Shown: positions 1 to 10,039 of the stretch, in pieces
How positions within the stretch are numbered: the first letter of the stretch is position 1
Layout of the letters: each line of letters begins with the position of its first letter
Source: Clostridia bacterium
Lineage (GTDB): Bacteria; Bacillota; Clostridia; Acetivibrionales; JAFADI01
Direction: 5' to 3'
DNA length: 64,000 bases
NCBI GenBank assembly: GCA_026418695.1
Contig: JAOAAU010000147.1
Span: 20,484 to 84,483, forward strand
Made by a program: the position numbers and the translations under genes
Notes under the pieces: generated by a model
The model's input: only the letters and a program-made list of their open reading frames with translations
What the model was told of the DNA's origin: nothing
Database searches by the model: none

Positions 1-1767
1 TACCGAAGACAAAATTCCGCTTTTTGAATTTGTGCTTAAGTGATTCAGAATATGCTTTTCATGATTGAAAGGATATTGATATTTTCTTTCATCCTGGGGT
101 GCCTGGTTCAGGGTAATAATACTCCCATGCCCGGAGACCAGCCTGAGCTTCAATAAATCTAATGCTCCAGAATAGGAGTCTTTGATTCCCGATAAGTTCT
201 CCTGAATACTTCCGATGCTAATGGTCACTGTGTTATCTAGGACTTTGGCAATTTCCCTTTGTACAAGTACAAGATCTTTTTTCAAAATCCGCAGGTTGTT
301 CTCATAGCCCGGTATATCCGTGTTAATAATGAAACCCAGTTTGTCCTTTTCTATTTGCAGTCCTTCGCAGATAAACTTTGAACCCAAAACCTCTTTGAAA
401 ATTCCAATCATCAACGTTTTCAAATAGTATTGCTGCTCACCTGAGAAGTCAGCCGTAAAGTTCTTATACCTGTCAATCGCAGCAACGAAACAGCAGTAAT
501 AGGGGTGTTTAAAATCAAAAATACTCAGGTCCATATTCTGGTTCTGATTTTGATTACTGCTGAACATTATCATCAGATAACTATTGCGAATCTCTTTCTT
601 ATTCTCCTCCAGAAGGCTATACAGTTGGTTATCCTGCTTGATGATCGCATCTAGCGCCTTGGACAGAATGGTGACTTCATTCTTTTCTTCGTGGAAATCG
701 ATTCCCTTAAGGATTTGGATATCCTGAATGAGTTTTCTTACCGGTGAAAACAGTCTTCTAGACAGGAGATAAGCAGCAGCTCCTCCTACCACTAGAATCA
801 GGAGCAGCACCAGCAGAATATCCATCCTCAGATTCTCCACCTTGTACATCAGAGCATCGAGGGAGAAGGCACCGATATATATCCATCCGTTAAGATTCGA
901 CTTATAGTAGGTAATCAGCTGTCTTTTGTTCTCAGCATCGGTTACGATATAGCCATCTTCACTTTTGTCCTCTAGGATCCTCTGAATGTACATTTCCTCA
1001 GATAAGTTTTTACCTAGTATCTGTTTATCTGTATGCGATACAACTTCACCTTTGGAGTTGATGATGTAGATGAGACCTTCCTGGCTCAAATCCTTACTGT
1101 TAATCAGGTTGCACAACCGGTCTTCATACAGGTTGATGATTACAGCCCCCTGCAGCTGGGTCGTATAGCAGGTGAGAGAATAGATATATGTAATCACTGG
1201 GGAATAGTCGGGTGCAGTGACCGCAACCCCGTCATTGCTTTTCAGTTGATCAAAATTATACGGTATTCTGCTTGGCAGCCAGAAGGACCAAAGCCCTTTT
1301 GCATTATTCTCGCTGTATAGCTTCAGCCATTGGGTATCCTGAAAGCTCTCCATGGAATCAAGGCCTGTCTTTGAAGAAAAGACAAACCTTTGATCCTCCA
1401 GGTACAAATAAACAGAATGGATACCATTGTGGGTTCTTTCCACCTCAGACAAGGAATCGAGGACATCCTTTAGCATCTCCTGATCCTCTACGGTTCTTGC
1501 ATCCTTGTTTTTGCCCAGCACCTCCAGAAGTTCCGTATTCATATAAGGGCTGAGTGATACCTTTACTGCATCTTGAATCACAGAATTCGCCAGTAGTTCA
1601 TGATTGTTTTTTGCCACCTTGAGCTTCCCAATGCCTGATTTGCTGATTTCTCCTTCCAGATATCCAATGACGCTGTAATTAAAAATCAAGCCGATGATAA
1701 ACACCGTAAGAATCAGGAAAACAATAAATGAGATAAATGTTTTTGTAAAAAGAGGCAACTGTTTCAT
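1..1767 (-). CDS. Membrane-anchored sensor/transcriptional regulator, probably YtdP/YesS-like AraC hybrid (partial, runs off the left edge)
   Basis: Missing from the ORF track because it is open-ended. Read by eye from ATG at 1767 (RBS GAGGA): MKQLPLFTKTFISFIVFLILTVFIIGLIFNYSVIGYLEGEISKSG... This gives an N-terminal TM, an extracellular region, a second TM near 770-830 and a cytoplasmic region. The AraC HTH would lie outside the window. Confidence 0.7.
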   Translation of the reverse strand, partial: MKQLPLFTKTFISFIVFLILTVFIIGLIFNYSVIGYLEGEISKSGIGKLKVAKNNHELLANSVIQDAVKVSLSPYMNTELLEVLGKNKDARTVEDQEMLKDVLDSLSEVERTHNGIHSVYLYLEDQRFVFSSKTGLDSMESFQDTQWLKLYSENNAKGLWSFWLPSRIPYNFDQLKSNDGVAVTAPDYSPVITYIYSLTCYTTQLQGAVIINLYEDRLCNLINSKDLSQEGLIYIINSKGEVVSHTDKQILGKNLSEEMYIQRILEDKSEDGYIVTDAENKRQLITYYKSNLNGWIYIGAFSLDALMYKVENLRMDILLVLLLILVVGGAAAYLLSRRLFSPVRKLIQDIQILKGIDFHEEKNEVTILSKALDAIIKQDNQLYSLLEENKKEIRNSYLMIMFSSNQNQNQNMDLSIFDFKHPYYCCFVAAIDRYKNFTADFSGEQQYYLKTLMIGIFKEVLGSKFICEGLQIEKDKLGFIINTDIPGYENNLRILKKDLVLVQREIAKVLDNTVTISIGSIQENLSGIKDSYSGALDLLKLRLVSGHGSIITLNQAPQDERKYQYPFNHEKHILNHLSTNSKSGILSSV

Positions 1768-1924
1768 ACCATCCTCAATCCGTTCATACTTTATTTGAAT
1801 TAATATGCATTGGACTCAACTGTTTACTTAAGTATACCATAAGCCACACACTCGGCATGAATGAAAAAGAGTTTAACTCTTACTGTTTTCAAGCTTTATA
1901 GATTCAGTTTCAATTCCTGCATCA

Positions 1925-4021
1925 TTAATAAATCGATCTGCCCTTCTCATCAGCAATCCCGGTTTTCCTATAGAAATAGGTGTTGATGACATCCCGCCAT
2001 TCCTTCGCATGTTCAATCTGCCCTTCCAGCCGCTCCAAAACATGTTCAAATACTTCGCTTTGTAACTTATCTTTCAGCAGCAACCACTGTGTTTTGAGTT
2101 CTATTGCCTGCTCCACGCCTTCAAAATGAGTATTATAAATGTGTTGAATGAGCGTTTCCCCAGACTTGAGTTTATATTGATAAGGAATCCGATGAAAGAA
2201 CAGCAGCAGTTCTTCAGGACAAGTGTCCGGGTTTTCATACAACTCAGCCACTTCATTGTGATACTGCCCGGTATAGCCGGTTCCCGACTTTACAGTTCTA
2301 TCAACTCCAATGGCAGCAAAATCTGCCCTGTGATACGTTCCCCATTTCTGATACTCATATCCGTCCACACTCGGACCAAAGTGATGATTGGGATTCACCA
2401 TCCACCCAATACCTAAAGGAGAAGTATAATTCTCATAAATCCTCCATGAGTCAAGCAGCATCTTAGAGATGATATCTACAACCAGTCGGTCGTTGGAATA
2501 AGTCATCCTCACCCACTCTTCCGTGATTGCTTGTGAAGATAGATCGGGGTCCCATGCAAGCCGCCCAAATCCGTAAAGATTGGATTGTGCCAGCTGAAAT
2601 CCGGTCCAGTTCGCATCATCTCCGATGTTTGAAATCCCGGAAATACCACTATATTTATTTTTGAACAGGGAACCGCTTACGATCCTTTTGACCGTGGAAC
2701 CTTTGCCCCTTGCATAGGTGTCAAAGTCCAGGATTTCCTTCCACATCGGAATCAGATAGCACAAGTGTTTCTGTTGGCCTGTATATTCCTGTGTAATCTG
2801 GAGTTCAAGGGTGTGATTTGTTTTTTCAAGGCCCCCGAAGAGCGGTGAAACCGGTTCTCTCACTTGAAAATCCATGGGCCCGTTTTTGATCTGTAATACC
2901 ACATTTTCATGAAAGCTCCCGTCCAGGGGTTTGAAGTGATCATAGGCCGCCTTTGCTCTATCCGTGGAATAATCCCTCCAGTCTTGAAGGCAGTTATATA
3001 CAAAGCACCTCCAGATAACGATACCTCCAAAGGGCCTTAATGCTTCCGCCAGCATATTGGCTCCATCCGCATGCGTACGTCCATAGGTAAAAGGTCCGGG
3101 TCTGAATTCGGAATCCGCCTTCACCATATAACCTCCGAAGTCAGGAATATAACTGTAGATTTCTTCTGTTTTATTCTTCCACCATTCCAGAACAGAGGGC
3201 TCCAGAGGGTCTGCAGTTTCCATGTTTCCCAGTTCGATGGGGCTTGCAAAATTGATACTCAGGAACAGTCTGATTCCATATTTTCCAAATATATCTGCCA
3301 GTTTCGCAACCGAGGACAAATATTCTTTTGTCTTCAGTCTGGTTTCATACTGATGTACATTTACATTATTGATTACGACGCCATTGATTCCGACGGATGC
3401 AAGCAGTCTTGCATATTCTTTGATTCTTCCAAGGCTCCTGGTAACTTTATTGTTTTTGAAGAAAATTGATCGGCCGGCATATCCCCTCTCGACACTGCCA
3501 TCCAGATTATCCCAATGATTAATGATTCTCAGCGGATTTTTCGGATTCTCAAGTACATCCAGCTGACGGATATCCGCCTGCATTTGCATGAATCTCAATA
3601 AGGAGAAAACCCCATAAAGGACCCCTTTGCCATCCTTTCCTGCGATCACGATACAATTTTCCTTCCTTGCTTCTATGCTCTTAATCCGAAAGCCTTCCTT
3701 TTGAATCTGATCCCGGTCAGATTGTTTCAGCAGCGCATCAAATTTCTCGGATTTTCCAAGAATTCCGAGAATAACACACGGCAATTCTTCAATAGGTCCT
3801 AGTGTAAGATGGACAGCCGGATTGATTCCCAATAAACCTTTGATCCCCCGTGTCAACTCTGTACATGCAGTACTGACAACAGGAGCTGCTTCAACCATGG
3901 CGATATTGGTTCCCCATTTTATGTACTGCATTCTTCGTTCCAAGTCTTGTATCAGGCCATATTTAAGCCAGCATGCATCTATCTTTTTCTCCTTGAGTGT
4001 GGATTGCTTTTTTGCTTGCAT
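1925..4021 (-). CDS. aguA: Alpha-glucuronidase, GH67
   Basis: 698 aa with GH67 motifs [34 protein letters not shown] and [11 protein letters not shown]; no signal peptide. Confidence 0.95.
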   Translation of the reverse strand: MQAKKQSTLKEKKIDACWLKYGLIQDLERRMQYIKWGTNIAMVEAAPVVSTACTELTRGIKGLLGINPAVHLTLGPIEELPCVILGILGKSEKFDALLKQSDRDQIQKEGFRIKSIEARKENCIVIAGKDGKGVLYGVFSLLRFMQMQADIRQLDVLENPKNPLRIINHWDNLDGSVERGYAGRSIFFKNNKVTRSLGRIKEYARLLASVGINGVVINNVNVHQYETRLKTKEYLSSVAKLADIFGKYGIRLFLSINFASPIELGNMETADPLEPSVLEWWKNKTEEIYSYIPDFGGYMVKADSEFRPGPFTYGRTHADGANMLAEALRPFGGIVIWRCFVYNCLQDWRDYSTDRAKAAYDHFKPLDGSFHENVVLQIKNGPMDFQVREPVSPLFGGLEKTNHTLELQITQEYTGQQKHLCYLIPMWKEILDFDTYARGKGSTVKRIVSGSLFKNKYSGISGISNIGDDANWTGFQLAQSNLYGFGRLAWDPDLSSQAITEEWVRMTYSNDRLVVDIISKMLLDSWRIYENYTSPLGIGWMVNPNHHFGPSVDGYEYQKWGTYHRADFAAIGVDRTVKSGTGYTGQYHNEVAELYENPDTCPEELLLFFHRIPYQYKLKSGETLIQHIYNTHFEGVEQAIELKTQWLLLKDKLQSEVFEHVLERLEGQIEHAKEWRDVINTYFYRKTGIADEKGRSIY

Positions 4022-4091
4022 CTTTTGAGTCCTCCATAGAAATGATCTTAGGTTTCGATGTTTTTGATTTGTAAAATATAAATAATACTTG

Positions 4092-4167
4092 AGATCATCT
4101 TATGCTTGAGATATGATATATTCAATAGAATTCGTAAAGCCGATTTGCAAAAATTAAAGATTAATTT
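4092..4167 (-). promoter_or_regulatory. Promoter of aguA, TTGAAT-17-TAAGAT, with a conserved upstream activator region
   Basis: Near-duplicate of 8184-8257; both share ATCTTATGCTTGA...TTCAATAGA...TAAAG...ATTTG.AAAAA.TAAA on the + strand. Confidence 0.65.
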
Positions 4168-4180
4168 TGTTGAGGATTCC

Positions 4181-4969
4181 ATGATGTCCATTGCAGAGCT
4201 GGAACAGCTTATTCCGACAGTGAATTATTTTGTCCACAGAATCGCCGCTCCCTCCTGGAGCATCGTCAGGGATATGATTAGTTTTCATGACTTAACCTAT
4301 ATTGACAAAGGAAAAGCAACTTACTTGATCAACGATGTTCCGTACCATGTCCGGGCCGGTGACGTCATTTACATTCCCAAGGGGAACATTCGTGAAGCCT
4401 ATACGTATGAAGATACGCTCATGCAAAGTTATGCCTTTAATTTTGACTTTTTCGTTCCGGGGAATGAAGAGGTTGTACTGCCTTTCCCGACAATCCTTCA
4501 AATCGGCAGATTTAACGAATTGACGGACCTCTGTCAGGACTTCAACCGCACCTGGGTGGAGAAGAACCCGGGATACCAGCTGAAAGCCCGGGCACTCTTC
4601 ATGCAGATACTTCACAAGCTTTTGACCTTTACGCTTTTCAGCAATTCCAACCGGAATCTGGATCCCCGGATCGGAACTATCAAGGAGTACATTATCAACC
4701 ATTACTTTGAACCGCTGGAAATTGAGCAGCTTGCTGAAATGTTCCATCTTCATCCGGTTTATCTCGGCGCACTGTTTAAAAAATGTACCGGGTCCTCCAT
4801 CAAGGAATTTATTACAAAGATCCGCATTAATTCTGCAGAAAGCCTGCTTTCCATGGGGGGCTATACGGTGGGAGAGGCAGCCGTACGCTGTGGTTTTGAA
4901 GATATTTATTATTTCAGCAAGGTGTATAAAAAGTATAAAGGGGTACCACCCTCCCATGCACTGCGATAG
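4181..4969 (+). CDS. AraC family transcriptional regulator (cupin + HTH)
   Basis: Cupin N-terminus (HDLTYIDKGKA...AGDVIYIPKG) and AraC C-terminus (CGFEDIYYFSKVYKKYKGVPP); RBS GAGGA before ATG 4181; divergent from aguA. Confidence 0.9.
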   Translation: MMSIAELEQLIPTVNYFVHRIAAPSWSIVRDMISFHDLTYIDKGKATYLINDVPYHVRAGDVIYIPKGNIREAYTYEDTLMQSYAFNFDFFVPGNEEVVLPFPTILQIGRFNELTDLCQDFNRTWVEKNPGYQLKARALFMQILHKLLTFTLFSNSNRNLDPRIGTIKEYIINHYFEPLEIEQLAEMFHLHPVYLGALFKKCTGSSIKEFITKIRINSAESLLSMGGYTVGEAAVRCGFEDIYYFSKVYKKYKGVPPSHALR

Positions 4970-4975
4970 AAAATG

Positions 4976-5033
4976 AAGGGGACAGTTCTGCACAAATTGC
5001 GGATATCCGCAATTTGTGCAGAACTGTCCCCTT
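4976..5033. repeat. Perfect 58-bp palindrome, GGGGACAG-tagged REP/MITE-like element, copy 1
   Basis: AAGGGGACAGTTCTGCACAAATTGCGGAT|ATCCGCAATTTGTGCAGAACTGTCCCCTT between convergent genes; arms shared with 40987-41051. Confidence 0.9.
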
Positions 5034-5052
5034 TCTTGATTGGTTCCATTTT

Positions 5053-6132
5053 TTATGGTGTCTGTTTCATTTTCCTGATCGCTTCCCACAAACCGTTTAA
5101 GTATGTGATTCCCAAGGCTCTGTCATAGAGACCGTATCCCGGTCTTGCCTTCTCTCCCCAGATCATCCTTCCGTGATCCGGCCGGATATAGCCGGCAAAG
5201 CCTATATCATGATACGCTTTCATGATCTCGAACATATCAAAGGACCCATCAGAGGAAAGATGAGACGACTCGTGGAAAGTCCTGTCGGATGTAAATTTGA
5301 TATTCCGCACGTGACCGAAATGGATCCTTCCCATGCTTCCAAATTGTCTTATGAGCGCAGGAATGTCATTTTCCCGGTTGGCGCCCAGGGATCCGCTGCA
5401 GAGGGTCAAGCCATTATAGGGACTGTCCACCAGCTTGACAAGTCTTTCAAGGTTTTTCCTGGATGTAACAATTCTCGGCAGTCCAAAAAGAGACCATGGC
5501 GGATCATCCGGGTGAATTGCCATTTTTACGTCCGTTTCTTCACAAACCGGGATGATCTGTTCAAGGAAATATTTCAAGTTGTCAAACAGCTTGTCTTCAT
5601 CCACACGCTTATATTTCTCCAGAGTATCCTTTAGTTCCTTAAGCCGGTAAGGTTCCCAACCGGGTAAAGAGAAACCGTTTGAATTGGTGGCCATATCCTC
5701 CACCAGTTTCACAGGATTCAAATCCTTGATGATCCCGTGATCATAGGCCATTGCTTCTGAGCCATCCGCTAGCTTCATTGCCAGATCCGACCTCATCCAG
5801 TCGAAGACAGGCATAAAATTGTAACAGATGACTTTGACCCCAGCTTTGCCCAGACGACGAATGGTCTCTTTGTAATTCTTAATGTAAACTTCCCTGGAGG
5901 ATAATCCAAGCTTGATATCCTCATGAATATTCACACTTTCTATAACTTCAAGCTCCAGGCCGGCCTTCTGCACCTTGCTCTTCAATTCGAGGATTTTCTC
6001 CATGGGCCAGACTTCACCCACAGGGACATCAAACAAAGCCCCGACCACGCCCGTAATACCGGGTATTTGTCGAATCTGCCAAAGCTCAACGCTGTCATCC
6101 TTTTCGCCAAACCAGCGGAATGTCATTTTCAT
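5053..6132 (-). CDS. uxuA: Mannonate dehydratase
   Basis: MKMTFRWFG start; motifs CYNFMP, AIHPDDPP, RPDHGR, GYGLYDRALG; RBS AAAGGAG. Confidence 0.95.
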   Translation of the reverse strand: MKMTFRWFGEKDDSVELWQIRQIPGITGVVGALFDVPVGEVWPMEKILELKSKVQKAGLELEVIESVNIHEDIKLGLSSREVYIKNYKETIRRLGKAGVKVICYNFMPVFDWMRSDLAMKLADGSEAMAYDHGIIKDLNPVKLVEDMATNSNGFSLPGWEPYRLKELKDTLEKYKRVDEDKLFDNLKYFLEQIIPVCEETDVKMAIHPDDPPWSLFGLPRIVTSRKNLERLVKLVDSPYNGLTLCSGSLGANRENDIPALIRQFGSMGRIHFGHVRNIKFTSDRTFHESSHLSSDGSFDMFEIMKAYHDIGFAGYIRPDHGRMIWGEKARPGYGLYDRALGITYLNGLWEAIRKMKQTP

Positions 6133-6276
6133 CAAAACCATCTCCTTTCAGATGTAGATCAAGCACCTTATCAGTAAAGCATATCGCTGGAAATTTCCCC
6201 AACGCATGATTGAAGTATTTTGAATCGAAAACTTATAGATCAACTCTTTTGCGTTGATAATTTTCGGCTACGTTAT

Positions 6277-7887
6277 CTATAAGTATTTTCTTAGCACATT
6301 TCTGACCGCATGCTTTCCCGCAAGCATTTCCTTGAAATAGCCTTCAACCTTTTCTCCCAGTCCAGCTTCATAAAGGTTCAGTCCAAACAGTTTTGGATTG
6401 GAAAGTATGGGATTCAAATCATTGCCCAGGGAATCAGGGTTCCCGAATTCGATCTTCTGAAGGTACCCCTGCAGTTCATCCAGCATGGGATCGGGACTCA
6501 ATTCCATTTTTTCTCCCAGGTCATTCAGGCCAAGCAAATATCTGCACCAACCGGCAATAACCAGCGGGATATATTGAAGGCTTTTAAGGTCAAAGCCTTT
6601 CTTTCTTTGATAAGCCTTGAGAGTCTCTCCGAATCTTACAGGCATTTTTTGAGAAGTATCGGTAGCAATTCTCTGAGGCATATCCGGGATATTCGGGTTA
6701 GGAAGTCTTACCTCCAGCACTTCTCTGATAAAATCCGCAGGGTCAAGGATTCCCGGATGAACCACTACAGGCATTCCTTCTTCATATCCTATTTTCTCAA
6801 CAAGCTTCTTCAGTTCCGGATCTTTCATCTCATCCGCAATCAGCTTGTAGCCAAACAGGCATCCATAGACAGCCAGGGCTGTATGTAAAGGGTTCAAGCA
6901 AGTACAGACCTTCATTTTTTCCACTCTGTCTACGGTTTGCCGGTCCGTAAAATAGACTCCCGCCAATTCTAGGGGTATGCGTCCGTTTGGGAAACTGTCC
7001 TCAACGACAAGGTACTGTGGACCTTCCGCATTCACAAATGGAGCAATATAGGTTTTCTTATCCGTACAGACAATCTCGGTACTATCAAAACCACTGGCGT
7101 TTAATGCATCCTTCACCGTATCGGATGGTCTTGGGGTGATTTTATCGATCATGGTCCATGGGAATGCTACCTTGGCCGGGTCATCGATGTATTCTAAAAA
7201 TCCTGCTTCCATAAAGCCTTGATCTACCCAGCTTTTTGCAATGGTCTGAACGGAATTTTGCAGTATCTCTCCGTTATGAGAGCAGTTATCCATACTCACA
7301 AAGGCTACAGGCAGTTCTCCGCACAAAAAACGCTCATACGCCAATGCAACAATTTTTGAAATCAGGTGTCTTGGTTGTTTCGGGCCGTCCTCCAGATCCT
7401 TCCGCACATCCGCCAGGAAAGCACCGCTTGCATTGTTCAAAGCATAGCCCTTTTCAGTAATTGTAAAGCTTACAATTTGAAGAGATTTCTGTTTAAAAAT
7501 GCTTTTCAGCCGATTCCAGTCATTTTCCCTTGTCACATCACCCGCAAGACTTTCGGCAATACTTGCAATCACTTTTTTATTCAAACTTCCATCCGGATTC
7601 ATGAGCACCAGCAGCGACAAATTATCATAGGGCTTATAAATCCTGTCGATGATCTCAAAATCAAAAGTTTCTACGGCAATGATTCCGGACTCAGTCTTGT
7701 TCAAATCCAGCAGTGCCTGCTGAACAGCAGCGATAAAGCCTCTAAAGATGTTTCCAGCCCCGAAATGCACCCAGGTCGGTTTTTCCCGGGTTTTGGAAAC
7801 CATTTGCTCAAAATTGAATTTGGGAAGCTCAATCCCTGCCTCTTCCCAAACTCCAAATTCTTTAATGGAATACTGATTTAACTTCAT
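6277..7887 (-). CDS. uxuB: Mannitol dehydrogenase family protein, probable fructuronate reductase (D-mannonate oxidoreductase)
   Basis: Motifs WVHFGAGNIFRG, SFTITEKGY, SMDNCSHNG, MIDKITP; directly upstream of uxuA. Confidence 0.85.
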   Translation of the reverse strand: MKLNQYSIKEFGVWEEAGIELPKFNFEQMVSKTREKPTWVHFGAGNIFRGFIAAVQQALLDLNKTESGIIAVETFDFEIIDRIYKPYDNLSLLVLMNPDGSLNKKVIASIAESLAGDVTRENDWNRLKSIFKQKSLQIVSFTITEKGYALNNASGAFLADVRKDLEDGPKQPRHLISKIVALAYERFLCGELPVAFVSMDNCSHNGEILQNSVQTIAKSWVDQGFMEAGFLEYIDDPAKVAFPWTMIDKITPRPSDTVKDALNASGFDSTEIVCTDKKTYIAPFVNAEGPQYLVVEDSFPNGRIPLELAGVYFTDRQTVDRVEKMKVCTCLNPLHTALAVYGCLFGYKLIADEMKDPELKKLVEKIGYEEGMPVVVHPGILDPADFIREVLEVRLPNPNIPDMPQRIATDTSQKMPVRFGETLKAYQRKKGFDLKSLQYIPLVIAGWCRYLLGLNDLGEKMELSPDPMLDELQGYLQKIEFGNPDSLGNDLNPILSNPKLFGLNLYEAGLGEKVEGYFKEMLAGKHAVRNVLRKYL

Positions 7888-8183
7888 GATGAAACCACCT
7901 TTCATTCAACAACGATGCACCTGCAGTCGGCATTTGGCTTTTGCACAGATGATCTTGAAAATTCAAAAAACCATTCGTGATTCAGGAGAAACGGATATAT
8001 CCTCCATCATAAACGATCACGGATAACCCTAAAAGGACGTAAAATTGATTAAATGGTATGTTTTTTTACATTGTAAGATTTTCAGGGTGTGGTGATGATT
8101 CAGGCTCCGATTTCCCCGTTTGTCTCAGCGACATTGGCCTTATCGTCTCCGCTTCATGATTTATAAAAAATAAACCATTCTGT

Positions 8184-8257
8184 AGATGATCTTATGCTTG
8201 AAACGTTCTATTTTCAATAGACTATATAAAGTTCATTTGTAAAAACTAAATATAATT
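8184..8257 (-). promoter_or_regulatory. Promoter of uxuBA, TTGAAA-17-TAAGAT, paralogous to the aguA promoter
   Basis: Aligns colinearly with 4092-4167. Confidence 0.65.
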
Positions 8258-8311
8258 CTTGAAACCTGCAAATAAATGAATCATGAAGCCAGGTTGATCA
8301 GTACTGTAATA

Positions 8312-8356
8312 AAAAGAGTATCCTGGGTTAAAGATTTCTAACCTGGATACTCTTTT
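8312..8356 (-). terminator. Rho-independent terminator of the exporter operon
   Basis: AAAAGAGTATCC...GGATACTCTTTT inverted repeat with flanking A/T tracts. Confidence 0.8.
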
Positions 8357-8412
8357 GCAATTAGATTTTATTATCAGTCAAGTCGTTATTCGCGGCATCG
8401 TCATGGATATCT

Positions 8413-9225
8413 CTAACTGCTGGCACTGGTATAATTTCTAACAGCAAAATTCCAAAACACTCGGACCAGCGTTAAGAAAACCACAGGTGCGATCACCATC
8501 CACACAGCATAAACATGATTGAGCTTATCCACTAAAAACATCGATGGCAGATTCGTTATAAAGAATACCGGAATAATAAACACCCCTATTCTCTGCATCC
8601 ATTTGTTGTAGATGGTCATAGGCATATTGTTGAAATCCCAGCACCTGTCGGCAATTTCCGTAATGGCACCGGATTTGACAGTCCAGAAGGATAAAATCTG
8701 CGGAATAAGAAAAACTGCATATACAATGCAGGTTGAACTGAGCAAGGTAAGCAAATATCCAGCAGCATTCATAAAGCAGATTGAAATTTGAAGCCTTTGA
8801 CAGGCCAACACCACCATCGTAATGCCCGCAATCAGGTTTGGAACCGGGAGAATGAAATTGACATGGCGCATGGTTGCGATAAATTGAAGTGAAAGAGGTT
8901 TTGTAATGTAGATATCCAAAGTTCCATTCCGGATATGTTCCGGCAGTTGATAGAAATTGTCCATAAACAACCCGGTATATATTGCAGTCATGATAATATA
9001 TGTACCGATAAAGAGCATGATCTCATCCGGAGAAACCCCATTGATGTCAATTCCCGTCTGATAAATGGCAATAACATAAAGGATTTTTGAAAACAGGTAA
9101 ACCAGTTCCATGGTAAGAGCAGCAAAAAGGTTGGCCCTATATTCCATATAGCCGATTAAGCTGTTCTTCATAAACAATACGTAAATCTTCATATGCTTGT
9201 TCACTGCCTGATAAAGCCTAAACAT
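8413..9225 (-). CDS. ABC-2 family exporter permease (DUF990-type)
   Basis: Multi-TM protein with MEYRAN and IRNGTLDIYITKP motifs; RBS GGAGG before ATG 9225. Confidence 0.85.
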   Translation of the reverse strand: MFRLYQAVNKHMKIYVLFMKNSLIGYMEYRANLFAALTMELVYLFSKILYVIAIYQTGIDINGVSPDEIMLFIGTYIIMTAIYTGLFMDNFYQLPEHIRNGTLDIYITKPLSLQFIATMRHVNFILPVPNLIAGITMVVLACQRLQISICFMNAAGYLLTLLSSTCIVYAVFLIPQILSFWTVKSGAITEIADRCWDFNNMPMTIYNKWMQRIGVFIIPVFFITNLPSMFLVDKLNHVYAVWMVIAPVVFLTLVRVFWNFAVRNYTSASS

Positions 9226-9229
9226 CCTG

Positions 9230-10039
9230 CTAACCTCCAACAGCCACATATTTCTTCATCCCTGACCTCCAGCAAGCGTTAGAAACAAAGAGCATGATCA
9301 CAATCCATAGGATTTGGTTGATCGCCCCATATAAGATCTCATCAGGATAAAACCGGCCATTGATGATATTTGCCGGGAAGAACACCAAATATTTGAACGG
9401 TAGCAGACTCAATACTTTCAATATACCTTCACCAAAGATATCCAAAGGAAATATTCCGCCGCTCAGCATTAGAACCCCCTGCCCAGCTGCAATAAACACT
9501 CCCCATACTTCCGTCATCACAAATGCAAGTGAACTGATACAGTAATAAATGAGGAAATTAAGAACCATCGCCAGAACAACAAAAGGAAGGAAGATCAGCA
9601 CTCTTTTGAGTTGCAAATCAAATCCAAGATAGATCTTGCAAAGGACTAATGCGAACAGTGAAATGATCATCAGAATCCCCAGCTGCAATACCTTTCTTCC
9701 CAAAAAACAGCATATTCGGTAGTAAAAGTAGCCGATGGGCTGAACGATAAATTTATTGAGGCCTCCGTTCTTGATATCCTCGGCAATCTCCCATTCAAAC
9801 CCTGTGGATGTCATCTTTGCAACAAGGCCAGCCATAATGGAATATGAAATCATCTGCGGCAGTGTATATCCATAAACCACAGGGTTTTGTGTGCTTGCAA
9901 AAACCGCGGTCCACAGGAAGCACTGAATAAGAATGATAAAGCCGCCGCTAAGAATGCTCAGGAAAAAGTCCGCCCGATATTCCATTGCACTCTGCAGTCC
10001 CATTTGAAAAGCTCTGAAATACTTTTTGGGGATGCTCAT
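9230..10039 (-). CDS. ABC-2 family exporter permease (DUF990-type)
   Basis: Multi-TM protein with MEYRADF and IKNGGLNKFIVQP motifs; overlaps the ATPase stop. Confidence 0.85.
   Translation of the reverse strand: MSIPKKYFRAFQMGLQSAMEYRADFFLSILSGGFIILIQCFLWTAVFASTQNPVVYGYTLPQMISYSIMAGLVAKMTSTGFEWEIAEDIKNGGLNKFIVQPIGYFYYRICCFLGRKVLQLGILMIISLFALVLCKIYLGFDLQLKRVLIFLPFVVLAMVLNFLIYYCISSLAFVMTEVWGVFIAAGQGVLMLSGGIFPLDIFGEGILKVLSLLPFKYLVFFPANIINGRFYPDEILYGAINQILWIVIMLFVSNACWRSGMKKYVAVGG

Noticed and set aside
1033-1553. Two short plus-strand ORFs
   Set aside because: Antisense to the real gene at 1-1767.
4292-5089. 265-aa minus-strand ORF
   Set aside because: Antisense to the AraC gene, crosses the palindrome and has no recognisable motifs; shadow ORF.
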